NCBI GenBank assembly: GCA_038230375.1
Contig: JBBRNJ010000087.1
Coordinates: 1-34,203 of the forward strand
Length of the DNA: 34,203 nt
DNA from: Polyangiales bacterium
GTDB lineage: Bacteria; Myxococcota_A; Polyangia; Polyangiales; Polyangiaceae
Reading direction: 5' to 3'
The translations under genes were made by a program, and so were the position numbers. Shown here piece by piece: positions 1-10,423 of the stretch. The notes beneath the pieces are model-generated. The model had not been told where the DNA came from. It did no database searches and worked only from the letters and a program-made list of their open reading frames with translations. Numbering within the stretch: position 1 is the first letter of the stretch; the number at the start of each line of letters is the position of its first letter.

Positions 1-230
1 CGACGACGACTTCGACGACGACCCCGACGACGACTTCGACGACGACCCCGACGACGACTTCGACGACGACCCCGACGACGACTTCGACGACGACCCCGAC
101 GACGACTTCGACGACGACCTCGACTTCGACCTCGACCTCGACCTCGACTTCGACTTCGACCTCGACTTCGACCCCGACCCCGACGACGACCTCGACTTCG
201 ACCCCGACCCCGACCTCGACTTCGACTTCG
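1..230. repeat. (CGACNN)n hexamer tandem array, truncated by window start; first 120 bp form five 24-bp higher-order units
   Basis: 38 in-register CGACNN hexamers over 1..228; 1..96 = (CGACGACGACTTCGACGACGACCC)x4, 97..120 a one-base variant; ends 5 bp from the stop of the 236..1750 gene. Confidence 0.97.
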
Positions 231-235
231 CCCTG

Positions 236-1750
236 CTACCTCGGCCGGAACTCGTAGACCGCGGCCCACGTCGGGTGTGGCGCGCTTTTGGGTGCGAAGT
301 GCGCTCGCAGCCACTCCTCTCCGGCTTCCGCGCGTGTGAGCTGCTTTCTGTGTTCGGGCTCCTCGAAGGGAAACTCCGACCAGATGCGTCTGCATGTCCC
401 CTGCAGATTTGCCGTCGGACACGCGCCTTCGTCGAGCGGTAGATCGTCCGTGACGATGTATGCAAAGCCGGCGGCGAGCATGTGCGCGGGGATCGGCTGG
501 TCCTCGCTCACGGCGTACCACGGCTGTCGCTCGTAGAACGGTTGTCGCGCGATGCTTCGTCCATGCGTCGCGACCATGATGACGGGCACGTCGCGCCTCC
601 CCGTCGCCTCGATGGCGCGCGACAGACCCGTGTTGCAGTTGCCGTACGGCGAGATGATCATCCAGCCGATCGCCACGAACCCGAGCACATACGTGACACG
701 ACCGAACGCCCCGAGACGCGCACCCCACCGCGCGAGGCGCGGCGAAGCGCCTTCGAACGCGAGCGGGACGAAGACGGCGAGCATGGGTGCCATGGGAAAG
801 AGAAAGCGATCCTCCTTGTGGCCCAGCAGGCAGTGCACCAGGACGAACGCGCCCACCGCCCACGTCGCCGGGTGCCGCGGATTTCGGACCATCGCGATCG
901 CGACCACGACCATGCAATAGAGGACGACGGGGGCACACGGATTCTCGAGCAGCAACGTCGTGTAGGCATAGAAGGGAGCGGTGCTGAACGCGGCCGCTCT
1001 CCCGTCGACCAGGTTCTCGACGAAGTATCGAACCGGCGTGAGGACCCACCGCCCGTATCCCCAGCGATCGCAGAGGAGCAGGACGGCGAGACCGAGCACC
1101 CCGCCGGACGTGAGCGCGAGCCACCATGTTCGTCCTCTTCGCTCGAACACGAGCGTCCACAGGAACAGACCCACCGCGAAGATGGCCGTCTGTGGGCGAA
1201 CCGCAAACGCGAGACCGAACAGCAGGCCCACGACGAGCCCGCTCCTCGGCCCAGGCGACGCCCGCGCGGGGTTCCTTGCTCCAGCGGGAAAATAGCTCAC
1301 CCACGCGAGCGCGAGGAGCGCGCCGCTCACGGCCTCCGCGGTCGTGCGTGTGAAGAGGTACGGCAAGAACGGGATCACGAGCGCGGAGGGAAGGTTCGCC
1401 GCGAAGACGCCGCCTCGGGCGTGCGCGCTCGCAGTGGATGAACGCCAGAGCCGCGCATAGGCGAAGACGCAGAGCGCGCCGGTCCCGAGCCGAAGGAGCG
1501 CGACGCAGAGGAAGCGTGAGTCAACGGAGAGAAACCGCGCGAGCCTCGCGATGAGGTAGTACGCGAAGGGCAGCACCCACGGGCGGATCGCCTTCGGATA
1601 TTCCCAGGTGAGCAGCTCGGTCGGGGTGAAGCCGAGCTTCACGCTCACGAACTCGACGATGCTGGTGTGCTCATCGGTTTGATAGAAGAGATAGGCGCGA
1701 AACGCGCACCCGATCGTCAGCGCAACCAGCGTGAGCAGTCGCCTGGACAT
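236..1750 (-). CDS. GT22 (Alg9/PIG-B-like) polytopic membrane mannosyltransferase
   Basis: N-terminal DE..E and TWE..AIRP motifs, many TM segments, RPQ, and HKEDRFLFP (cf. HKExRF of PIG-B/Alg9). Confidence 0.85.
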   Translation of the reverse strand: MSRRLLTLVALTIGCAFRAYLFYQTDEHTSIVEFVSVKLGFTPTELLTWEYPKAIRPWVLPFAYYLIARLARFLSVDSRFLCVALLRLGTGALCVFAYARLWRSSTASAHARGGVFAANLPSALVIPFLPYLFTRTTAEAVSGALLALAWVSYFPAGARNPARASPGPRSGLVVGLLFGLAFAVRPQTAIFAVGLFLWTLVFERRGRTWWLALTSGGVLGLAVLLLCDRWGYGRWVLTPVRYFVENLVDGRAAAFSTAPFYAYTTLLLENPCAPVVLYCMVVVAIAMVRNPRHPATWAVGAFVLVHCLLGHKEDRFLFPMAPMLAVFVPLAFEGASPRLARWGARLGAFGRVTYVLGFVAIGWMIISPYGNCNTGLSRAIEATGRRDVPVIMVATHGRSIARQPFYERQPWYAVSEDQPIPAHMLAAGFAYIVTDDLPLDEGACPTANLQGTCRRIWSEFPFEEPEHRKQLTRAEAGEEWLRAHFAPKSAPHPTWAAVYEFRPR

Positions 1751-1799
1751 CGCCGCCTGTCACTAGCACGGGACTCTTCCGCCCGCGCAAGCGCCAGCT

Positions 1800-3080
1800 C
1801 TAGAGGTGGAACGCGTTGTCCTCTTCGCCGGTCACGACCACTTCCTGGTCGCTCGGGAGGTCTTGCAGGATCTGATTGTAGGTCTTCGGCGCATCGGGGT
1901 TCATCAGCGCCTTGAACACCGTGATCGACGAGTTCGAGTAGTTCGAGAAGTAGGACGGCAACACGTTGGTGAGCACCTCGAGATACCTGGTTCCCTTGGG
2001 GTCCAGGGTGGCGCCGTTGGTGTCGATGCGGCGCTGGGTGAGCGCGGTGTCCAGATACGCGAACGTGTCGCAGCTGTCGAAGAAGAAGACCTGGTACTTG
2101 CCCTTCGCGACAGTGCCCTTGCGCGCGAGCGCGTTGGTGTTCTTGCTCAGCTCGGAGTGACCGTTGTAGACCACGAAGTCGGCCTTTTCGCTGAGCGGAT
2201 TGTAGCGCGCGTCGAAGTCGTCGCCCGAAGTGTAGAGCGTGTCGATGAGCAGCGCGGTGACGGTGACGGGCTTCTCCGTGCCGCCGACGCGGACCTTGCC
2301 GGTGACCGTGATGTCCTTCACGAACGACGCGGTGGTCGTGTTGGTCTTGGCCGTGGCGCCGGGCACGGCGTCGGTCACGCCGCGCACGAACTGCTCGAAC
2401 TGCGCAGCGCCTTCGTCGCCCGTGGCGCCGCCGCTGGACTCGCCGAAGATCGCGACCACGTTGAACGCGCCGTCGCTCCACACCTGATCGTACTCGGGGA
2501 ACTTGCCAGTGGTGACGTTGGGATCCTTCGTGACCTTCGCCTTCGCGTGAACGGCGTCGCCGGCGCCGAGCTTGCAGCCCGCAACGGTCGGGTTGAAGTC
2601 GTGCCAGAAGGTCTCCTGCCCGTACTCGTTCTTGCCGCACGTGCCGTCGTACTTCGCGTTGAATGCGTCGAGGCCCGTCGCGTCCGAGGGGAGCGCGACA
2701 TCGTAGGTCTTCGGGACCTTCACGCCTGCCGGCCACGCGACCGGAAGCTTCGCGTGGTACTTGATGGTCTTCTTGTCGCCTTGCACGGTCTCGGTGACCT
2801 TGGTCAGCTCCACCTGCCCCACGTGCCCGTTCGCCTGGAACTGAGTCGTCAGCGGACCGACGGTGTAGAACAGCTGCGAGACGACGATCTGCCGAGCGTC
2901 CTTCTCCTTTGCGCCAACGACCGTGCCGTCGAAAGTGAAGTCGACGATCTGCGCCGCGTTGCTCGTGATGTCCTCCGAGGCGTTGCCCTCCTCCGTCGCA
3001 TCGGCCGCGCAGCCCGTCAGCGGGGCGACGACCAGGAAGGCGCTGGAGAAGAGGACGGGGAGCAAGGTACGAAGGTGCAT
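1800..3080 (-). CDS. Myxobacterial lipoprotein with putative caspase/gingipain-like (His-Cys) C-terminal domain
   Basis: Lipobox LTGC after hydrophobic signal; VVYNGHS and FFFDSC motifs; paralogous to 19922..21580. Confidence 0.8.
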   Translation of the reverse strand: MHLRTLLPVLFSSAFLVVAPLTGCAADATEEGNASEDITSNAAQIVDFTFDGTVVGAKEKDARQIVVSQLFYTVGPLTTQFQANGHVGQVELTKVTETVQGDKKTIKYHAKLPVAWPAGVKVPKTYDVALPSDATGLDAFNAKYDGTCGKNEYGQETFWHDFNPTVAGCKLGAGDAVHAKAKVTKDPNVTTGKFPEYDQVWSDGAFNVVAIFGESSGGATGDEGAAQFEQFVRGVTDAVPGATAKTNTTTASFVKDITVTGKVRVGGTEKPVTVTALLIDTLYTSGDDFDARYNPLSEKADFVVYNGHSELSKNTNALARKGTVAKGKYQVFFFDSCDTFAYLDTALTQRRIDTNGATLDPKGTRYLEVLTNVLPSYFSNYSNSSITVFKALMNPDAPKTYNQILQDLPSDQEVVVTGEEDNAFHL

Positions 3081-3091
3081 GCGCCCAATGT

Positions 3092-3108
3092 CGCCAGGTG
3101 TGTGCCGA
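3092..3108 (-). promoter_or_regulatory. Putative sigma54 (-24/-12) promoter of 1800..3080
   Basis: Minus strand tcGGCACACACCTGGCg = GG-N10-GC; predicted +1 about 3081, adjacent to the ATG at 3080. Confidence 0.55.
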
Positions 3109-3217
3109 AGACCTACCTTTGCAACCCCTTGGAATGACCAGGCTCTCGAGGCAGAACTGACAGCTCCCCTGCCCCAGCTGCTGGATCGCTGGCTACCCAG
3201 CTTCCCCTTGGTCGGGC

Positions 3218-4369
3218 TCAGCCGACCAGCAGCGTGCGGGCGATCACGATGCGCTGCACCTCGCTCGTGCCCTCGTAGATCGTGGTGACGCGCGCGTCGC
3301 GGAGGTGGCGCTCGGCGGCGAACTCACGGATGTAGCCATAGCCACCATGGATCTGGACCGCGTGGTTCACGATGCGATTGGATGCCTCGCTCGCGAAGAG
3401 CTTCGCCATGGAAGCCTCGCGTGAGAACGGGCGCGCCTGATCCTTCAGCCACGCCGCGCGCATGCAGAGCAGGTGCGCAGCGTCGAGCTCCACCTTCATG
3501 TTCGCGAGCTTCCACTGGACGGCCTGGAACTCGCCGATGGGCTTGTTGAACTGCTTGCGATCACGTGCATACTGCACGCTTTCTTCGAGGGCCGCGCGCG
3601 CGATCCCGATCGCCTGTGCGCTGATGCCGATGCGCCCGCCGTCGAGCGCCATCATCGCGATCTTGAAGCCGCCGTTGAGATGACCAAGGAGCGCGCTCTT
3701 CGGGACGCGGCAGGCCTCGAACGACAGCGACACCGTGTTGGAGCCACGGATGCCCATCTTGTCCTCGGCGCGCCCGATCTTGAGACCGGCTGTGCCCTTC
3801 TCCACGAGCAAGCACGAGATGCCGCGCGTGCCAGGGTGCGTGTCCAGCGGGGCAGTGCGCGCCCACACGACCATCACGCCGGCGTGCGCGCCGCTGGTGA
3901 TCCACTGCTTCTCGCCATCAAGCACGTATGAGTCGCCGTCCTCGCGCGCGACCGTGCGCATGCCGCCCGGATCACTGCCGGCGCCCGGCTCCGACAGCCC
4001 GAACGCCCCCGCGACGAGCGAGCCGTCCGCGAGGCCCGTGCAGTACTTCTTCTTCTGCTCGTCGGTGCCGAAGGTGGCGATGACCTCGCCCACCATGTTG
4101 GTGACGGCCATGGTGACGGCGCACGAGGCGCACGCGCGCGCCACCTCTTGCATCGCAAGCGCATAGGAGACCGCGCCCGCGGCCGCGCCACCAAGCTCCT
4201 CCGGCACGTTCACGGCAAGGAGGCCGAGCGCCGCGAGCCCCTTCATGATCTCCGCCGGGAAGATCTCCTTCTTGTCGATCTCCGCCGCCTTCGGCAGGAT
4301 CACGCGCGTCGCGAAATCGCGCGCGGCCTTCTGGACGAACGTCTGCGTTTCGGTGAGCTCCAGATCCAT
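3218..4369 (-). CDS. Acyl-CoA dehydrogenase (short/branched-chain type)
   Basis: GLSEPGAGSD, GEKQWIT, KMGIRGS, LDGGRIGI, QIHGGYGY, IYEGTSE motifs. Confidence 0.96.
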   Translation of the reverse strand: MDLELTETQTFVQKAARDFATRVILPKAAEIDKKEIFPAEIMKGLAALGLLAVNVPEELGGAAAGAVSYALAMQEVARACASCAVTMAVTNMVGEVIATFGTDEQKKKYCTGLADGSLVAGAFGLSEPGAGSDPGGMRTVAREDGDSYVLDGEKQWITSGAHAGVMVVWARTAPLDTHPGTRGISCLLVEKGTAGLKIGRAEDKMGIRGSNTVSLSFEACRVPKSALLGHLNGGFKIAMMALDGGRIGISAQAIGIARAALEESVQYARDRKQFNKPIGEFQAVQWKLANMKVELDAAHLLCMRAAWLKDQARPFSREASMAKLFASEASNRIVNHAVQIHGGYGYIREFAAERHLRDARVTTIYEGTSEVQRIVIARTLLVG

Positions 4370-4390
4370 GGGCAGTGACCTCTTCGTTCC

Positions 4391-5119
4391 TCAGAGCGAG
4401 AACGAGACCTTCGCGGCGTAGCTGCCGGGGCTCGGGACCTTCATGGCGCGGACCACGTCGACGATGCAGTCGATCTTTGCCTCGCCTTCCTTGCTGGGCG
4501 GCGCGACGCCCGCGGACTCCACCTTGCCGCCCTTGCCGTCGGGGACGACGTACGCCGTCACCGCGAACTTGCCGGACACGCCTGCCTTGCACTTGCCGAG
4601 GTCGGCATCCGCCCTGGCGATCGCTTCGAACATCTTGTCGGGCGCCCAGTTCGCGGGCTCGCGTGCGTCACCCCCGTCGAACAGGAAGCTCTTGCGGATC
4701 TCGGCCTCACCACCGATGGGCTTCGGCCACGGCGCCTTCGCGAGCGCATCCAGGATGCACTTCTCTGTGACGCGGTCGCCCAGGGTGGAGCCCTCGAGAT
4801 AGCTCCAGTGCACGTGGCCCGTCCCGTCAAGGCGAACGAACGCGCGCACGTCACCGGCAAGGTAATCGATGCGTTTTGCGCCAGCCTTCTGGCACGCGAG
4901 CACGTCCGGCTGCACCTTCGCGATGGCGCGCTCCGTCTCCTTCGCGTCGATCTCGCCGAGCTCCTGCGACACGCTCGGGCCTTCTCGCTTCGCGCGCGGC
5001 TTCTCTGCCGGCACGTCCGACGTGGGAGTCTCTTCCGGGGCCTTTGCCTCGGGCTTGTTACCGCCGCACGCCGGCACCGACAGCCCGGCGAGAAGGGTGT
5101 AGAATGCAAGCTTTCGCAT
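4391..5119 (-). CDS. Lipoprotein with two AgmX/PglI (TonB-C-like) domains
   Basis: Start re-assigned to MRKLAF (ATG 5119), lipobox VPAC; two repeats of C...G.V.....G.V....S......CI.......P.P pattern. Confidence 0.75.
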   Translation of the reverse strand: MRKLAFYTLLAGLSVPACGGNKPEAKAPEETPTSDVPAEKPRAKREGPSVSQELGEIDAKETERAIAKVQPDVLACQKAGAKRIDYLAGDVRAFVRLDGTGHVHWSYLEGSTLGDRVTEKCILDALAKAPWPKPIGGEAEIRKSFLFDGGDAREPANWAPDKMFEAIARADADLGKCKAGVSGKFAVTAYVVPDGKGGKVESAGVAPPSKEGEAKIDCIVDVVRAMKVPSPGSYAAKVSFSL

Positions 5120-5124
5120 CTGGG

Positions 5125-6276
<1,152 letters not shown>

Positions 6277-6368
6277 GGCGAACTTACTAGGCCGAATCCA
6301 GCGCAAAGGAAATGGGCCGCAAGCTCTGCGGTGGACGGATGCAGCAGGGTTTTCTAGGCTCTGCTCCC

Positions 6369-7877
6369 ATGGGAATCTCCCGCGGTAGCACCGCCACGTT
6401 TCTCTCCGCGGTGATCGCGATCTCGTGCCACGACCAGAAGGAGCCAGTGGTGCCGGAGGTCGGGCCCACCACCGGCGATGCGTTCAACAGCGGCGTGCAG
6501 TGCAGCGCGGTCCGTCCGCAGACCGAGCCCGATCTGATGGCGTGGGATCCGGGCTCGCGCGCTACGCTCCGCAGCGTGAAGGCGCAAGGCGTGGTGGTGG
6601 TCCACTACGAGGCGAAGGGCTGCGACGTGCAGCTTCACGTGTTGCCGAACTGCGTGGCGAAGGGCAGCTACCAGTTCGAACCGTACAGCGCGACCGAGAC
6701 GAAGCTCGCGCGCAACGTAAGCGAGCTCTTCGCGGAGCTGCCGCTCGGCGCCGCAAAGCTATCCGCGAACCTCAAAGGCAGCCGCGCCGTGCGCACCGAC
6801 TACATGATGGCGGGCGTCGAGTCCGTGAAGATTGGCACCGCGTGGAAGCGCGAAGAGCTTGTGGGGGAGTGCCAGGACGCAACGCATGTCGTGAGCAAGA
6901 TCTACGTCGGCGGCTTCGGCCTGGCGGCGGGTGAGGCGCGCGAGCTCGAGGGCGGCGCAAGCGTGTTCATCATGCCGATGGTAGCGGTCGGTGGAGGCGC
7001 GAAGACGCAGAGCTCGGTGGAGCACATCCAGCACGAGGGTGTGGCCGAGGCGTGCGAAGACGCGCAGAAGAAGGGCATCGCGAGCCCACAGTGCAGCGTG
7101 CCGCTGCGCGTCGCGCTCATGTCACTGGGCGATTCGAAGGTGGCGATGCCCGCACCCACGTCGTCCGCTCCCACATCGAATGTCAGAACCCACGGGACCA
7201 TGGCCGTGGTGCCCGCTGCTGACTTCATCATGGGCTCACCGCCGGGCGTGGGCTTCGACGACGAGCGGCCCATGCGGAAGCGGCACCTCGAAGCATTCGA
7301 GATCGACGTGAACGAGGTCTCCGTCGCCGACTATGCTGGCTGCGTGCGAGCGTCCGCATGCACGGCTGCTGCCACCGACGCGTATTGCAACACAAGGACC
7401 CCGGATCGCGGGGACCAGCCGATCAACTGCGTCACGCAGCCGCAGGCAGACGCTTACTGCAAGTGGGCCGGCAAGCGACTGCCGACCGAGGAGCAGTGGG
7501 AGTACGCCGCCCGCGGTACCCCGCCGCGGACGTACCCCTGGGGTGAGAACGCTCCGCAGTCGGATCTCGTGTGCTGGAAGCGCTCACCGGAGGGACAGCG
7601 CCTTGCCGGGCCCATCTTCGTGGGCACGTGCACGGTGGGCGGGCGCGCGCTCGCGCATGGTCCCTTCGGGGCGATCGACATGGCCGGCAACGTGGCCGAG
7701 TGGACCTCCACCCGCTACACGCGCAACTACGGAGAGCCGGAGGGCGCGGGCGCAGAGTTCGTGGTTCGCGGCGGCAGCTGGGTCGACCAAAACCCGCTGT
7801 CGCTTCGCGGCGCGGCCCGCACAGTGCACGCGGCAGGGGCCGCGGACCGCACCATCGGCTTCCGGTGCGTCCAGTGA
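6369..7877 (+). CDS. Lipoprotein: myxobacterial N-terminal domain plus C-terminal FGE-sulfatase (SUMF1/EgtB/PvdO) domain
   Basis: Lipobox AISC; F.MGS, FEIDVNEV, RLPTEEQWEYAARG, DMAGNVAEW, RGGSW, GFRC. Confidence 0.9.
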   Translation: MGISRGSTATFLSAVIAISCHDQKEPVVPEVGPTTGDAFNSGVQCSAVRPQTEPDLMAWDPGSRATLRSVKAQGVVVVHYEAKGCDVQLHVLPNCVAKGSYQFEPYSATETKLARNVSELFAELPLGAAKLSANLKGSRAVRTDYMMAGVESVKIGTAWKREELVGECQDATHVVSKIYVGGFGLAAGEARELEGGASVFIMPMVAVGGGAKTQSSVEHIQHEGVAEACEDAQKKGIASPQCSVPLRVALMSLGDSKVAMPAPTSSAPTSNVRTHGTMAVVPAADFIMGSPPGVGFDDERPMRKRHLEAFEIDVNEVSVADYAGCVRASACTAAATDAYCNTRTPDRGDQPINCVTQPQADAYCKWAGKRLPTEEQWEYAARGTPPRTYPWGENAPQSDLVCWKRSPEGQRLAGPIFVGTCTVGGRALAHGPFGAIDMAGNVAEWTSTRYTRNYGEPEGAGAEFVVRGGSWVDQNPLSLRGAARTVHAAGAADRTIGFRCVQ

Positions 7878-7894
7878 CCTTCACCGACCACTGC

Positions 7895-8392
7895 ATGCAC
7901 TCTACACTCATTCGATGGCTGATTTCAGGCCTCGTTCTGGCCCTCGCAGCATGCGGTGGTCCCTCTTCAGACACGAAGACACCGACCGGCGCGCTCGTGA
8001 CCTTCTCGCTCCCCAGTGACGAGGGCGCGCTCGTCACGGTCCCGATCCCCGGTGCGAAGGCGACCGTCCTGGACTTCTTCGCGCCCACCTGCGAGCCGTG
8101 CAAGAAGAAGGTTCCGGAGCTCCTCGGCAAGCGCGACGCGCTCGCCGCGAAGGGCGCGAAGATCGTGCTCGTGGGCGTGCTCGCGGAGTCGGAGTCCACG
8201 GACAAGGCCCGCGCCGCGCTCGCCTCGTGGGGCGCGGCATCCCCGTTCCTTGTGGATCGCGGCGACACGAGCAAGGTAGAGGCCGGCGTCACCGGCCTGC
8301 CCACCACGCTGGTGCTGGACGCGAGCGGCCACGTGCTGTTCCGCTCCACCCCGGACTCCAAGGTGGAGGACGTGATCGCCGCAGTGCCGTGA
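7895..8392 (+). CDS. TlpA/ResA-like thioredoxin-fold lipoprotein
   Basis: Lipobox LAAC; LDFFAPTCEPC (CxxC) and cis-Pro GLPTTLVLD; alternative GTG start at 7874 overlapping the upstream stop. Confidence 0.85.
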   Translation: MHSTLIRWLISGLVLALAACGGPSSDTKTPTGALVTFSLPSDEGALVTVPIPGAKATVLDFFAPTCEPCKKKVPELLGKRDALAAKGAKIVLVGVLAESESTDKARAALASWGAASPFLVDRGDTSKVEAGVTGLPTTLVLDASGHVLFRSTPDSKVEDVIAAVP

Positions 8393-8428
8393 GCTGACAC
8401 ACCGAACGTGCAAGTGTATCCTCACGTC

Positions 8429-9613
8429 ATGCGAAGACTTCGGGCTGTACTCGCAAGCACGGCCCTCGTGACGGCAGTTGCAGCATGCGGCGACAAGGGC
8501 AAGGAGCCCGCAATGCCATCGACGGGCCCAACCACCGGCGAGGCCTTCGGCGGAGTGCAATGCAGCGCCGTGCGTCCGCAAACCGAGCCGGACTTGATGG
8601 CCTGGGATCCGGGGTCGCGCGCGAAGCTCCGCGCAGTAAAAGCCCAGGGAGTCGTGGTGGTGCACTACGAGGCGAGAGGCTGCGACGTGAATCTCCATGT
8701 CTTGCCCAATTGCGTCGCGACTGGAAGCTACGCGTTCTCCCCCTACAGCGCCGACGACGTCAAGATCGCGCGAAACGCGAACGAGCTCTTCGCGCAGCTG
8801 CCCGTCGGCGCCGCATCGCTCTCAGCAAAGCTGAGGGGCAGCCGCGTCCTCCGCACGGACTTCATGATGGTGGGCGTGGAGAAGTTGAAGATCGGGACGA
8901 CGTTTCGGCGAGACGAGCTCGTCGGACAGTGCGACGAGGCCACGCACGTCGTCAGCGAGATCTACGTGGGGGGCTTCGCGCTTGCGGCCGGTGAAGCGCG
9001 AGACCTGGAGGGCAGCGCGAGCGTGTTCGTCATGCCCGGGATCGCGCCGGGAGCAGGCGCGAGGACCTCGAGCGCAGTGGAGCACCTTCAGCGCGAGGGC
9101 GACGCGGAGGCCTGTACGGACGCAAAGAGGACGGGCACCGCCAGCCCGCAATGCTCCGCTCCGCTGCGAATCGCGTTGATGCCCCTGAGCGCCGGGGGCG
9201 CGCCCGCACCTTCCACGCCCCCACCGAGGAGCTCACAGATGGAGCTGTTCGTAGGGCTGCAACAGACCCTGGCGGACCAGCGGACGGGCCTGACACACCT
9301 CAACAACAACGTGATCGGCCTGCAAACCAAGCTCGCGGCGTGCGCGGCGCAGCAAGTCACCCCGCTTCGGGAGGCGCTGGCGGCCGAACAGCAGCGGCTG
9401 GAGCAAGCTTCACAGCAGCTCGGAACACTGGATCAGCAGGCGGCGATGGGGCGGGCCGGCATTGTCGCCACGGGCCCTGACGGCGCAAGCTATGCGGTTC
9501 GCTTCCGCGACCTCGAGGTGCGTGTGAACGAGCTGAAAGACCAGATCCGTAGAAGCCAAACGCGGCTCGCGCTTCTCTCGGATACCATCTCGTCGTGCCC
9601 CCCCAAGGGGTGA
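8429..9613 (+). CDS. Lipoprotein paralog of the 6369 N-terminal domain with a C-terminal coiled coil
   Basis: Lipobox VAAC; closely similar GVQCSAVRPQTEPDLMAWDPGSRA...QCS.PLR.ALM domain; Q/L-rich heptad tail. Confidence 0.85.
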   Translation: MRRLRAVLASTALVTAVAACGDKGKEPAMPSTGPTTGEAFGGVQCSAVRPQTEPDLMAWDPGSRAKLRAVKAQGVVVVHYEARGCDVNLHVLPNCVATGSYAFSPYSADDVKIARNANELFAQLPVGAASLSAKLRGSRVLRTDFMMVGVEKLKIGTTFRRDELVGQCDEATHVVSEIYVGGFALAAGEARDLEGSASVFVMPGIAPGAGARTSSAVEHLQREGDAEACTDAKRTGTASPQCSAPLRIALMPLSAGGAPAPSTPPPRSSQMELFVGLQQTLADQRTGLTHLNNNVIGLQTKLAACAAQQVTPLREALAAEQQRLEQASQQLGTLDQQAAMGRAGIVATGPDGASYAVRFRDLEVRVNELKDQIRRSQTRLALLSDTISSCPPKG

Positions 9614-9651
9614 CGGTCCACTTCGACCTCTGCTCGTCATCGGGTCGCTCC

Positions 9652-10422
9652 CTACTTCGCGAGGATCTCGACGAGGCCCGGCACGTCGCTCGCCTTGTCG
9701 CGCAGGCGCGCCTTCGGACGGACCGCTACGCCCACGGTCGCCTCCTTGAGCATGGGGACGTCGAACGCGTTGTCGCCGAACGCGGCGTAGAGCGGGCGCG
9801 CGCCGATGCGCTCGCGCAGACCCGTCACCTTTCCGGGCCCGTACGGGATGGGGCGCACCACGGTCGCGGTCATCTTGCCTTCGTGGAACGCGCTCCTCGC
9901 CGCGATGATGTTCTCGTGCGGGAGTCCAGCGATGCGCGCGGCGGCCTCGACGATGCCGCTCGGCGACGCGGACACCAGGTACACCTCGATGCCCTGCCCG
10001 TTCGCGAACGCGAGCACCGCCTGCACCTCCTCGTGCAGACGTCCGTGGAGCTCGCGGCGGACGAGGACCTCGTCACAGAACGCGGAGAGCTCCGGCTCCG
10101 TCCAACCTGCGGAGATCCACGTCATGATCTCGCACACGCGCTCCTCGTCGAACTTGTGCGCCAGGTACGCGTCGTAGATGCGGCGCGCGATCTCGGGGCC
10201 GCTGCCGCCGTCGTAGAGCTCTGCATGCCGGGCCTCTTTCCGCAGCGCCTCCACGGCGTCGGTGCGGATGTCTCCACCCTCGATCATGCCGTAGAAGAAG
10301 TCCTCACCCACGTCGCCGCTCCAGAGCGTGCCGTCGCCGTCGAACGCCACGACCCCTCCAGGCGCATTCTTGCGAGCGGCCTCGATGCGGGACGTGATCT
10401 CGTCTACGGTTTGTGTCTTCAC
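9652..10422 (-). CDS. HAD-superfamily hydrolase (phosphoserine phosphatase-like)
   Basis: FDGDGTLW motif I, VSAS motif II, GK motif III, FGDNAFD motif IV. Confidence 0.9.
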   Translation of the reverse strand: MKTQTVDEITSRIEAARKNAPGGVVAFDGDGTLWSGDVGEDFFYGMIEGGDIRTDAVEALRKEARHAELYDGGSGPEIARRIYDAYLAHKFDEERVCEIMTWISAGWTEPELSAFCDEVLVRRELHGRLHEEVQAVLAFANGQGIEVYLVSASPSGIVEAAARIAGLPHENIIAARSAFHEGKMTATVVRPIPYGPGKVTGLRERIGARPLYAAFGDNAFDVPMLKEATVGVAVRPKARLRDKASDVPGLVEILAK

Positions 10423-10423
10423 G

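Noticed and set aside
1..230. Repeat arrays as CRISPR
   Set aside because: Contiguous 6/24-bp tandem units with no unique spacers, and no cas genes
3158..3212. Short CAGCT(T)CCCCT direct repeats, loosely similar to 19795-19815
   Set aside because: Too short and degenerate to support as a repeat family
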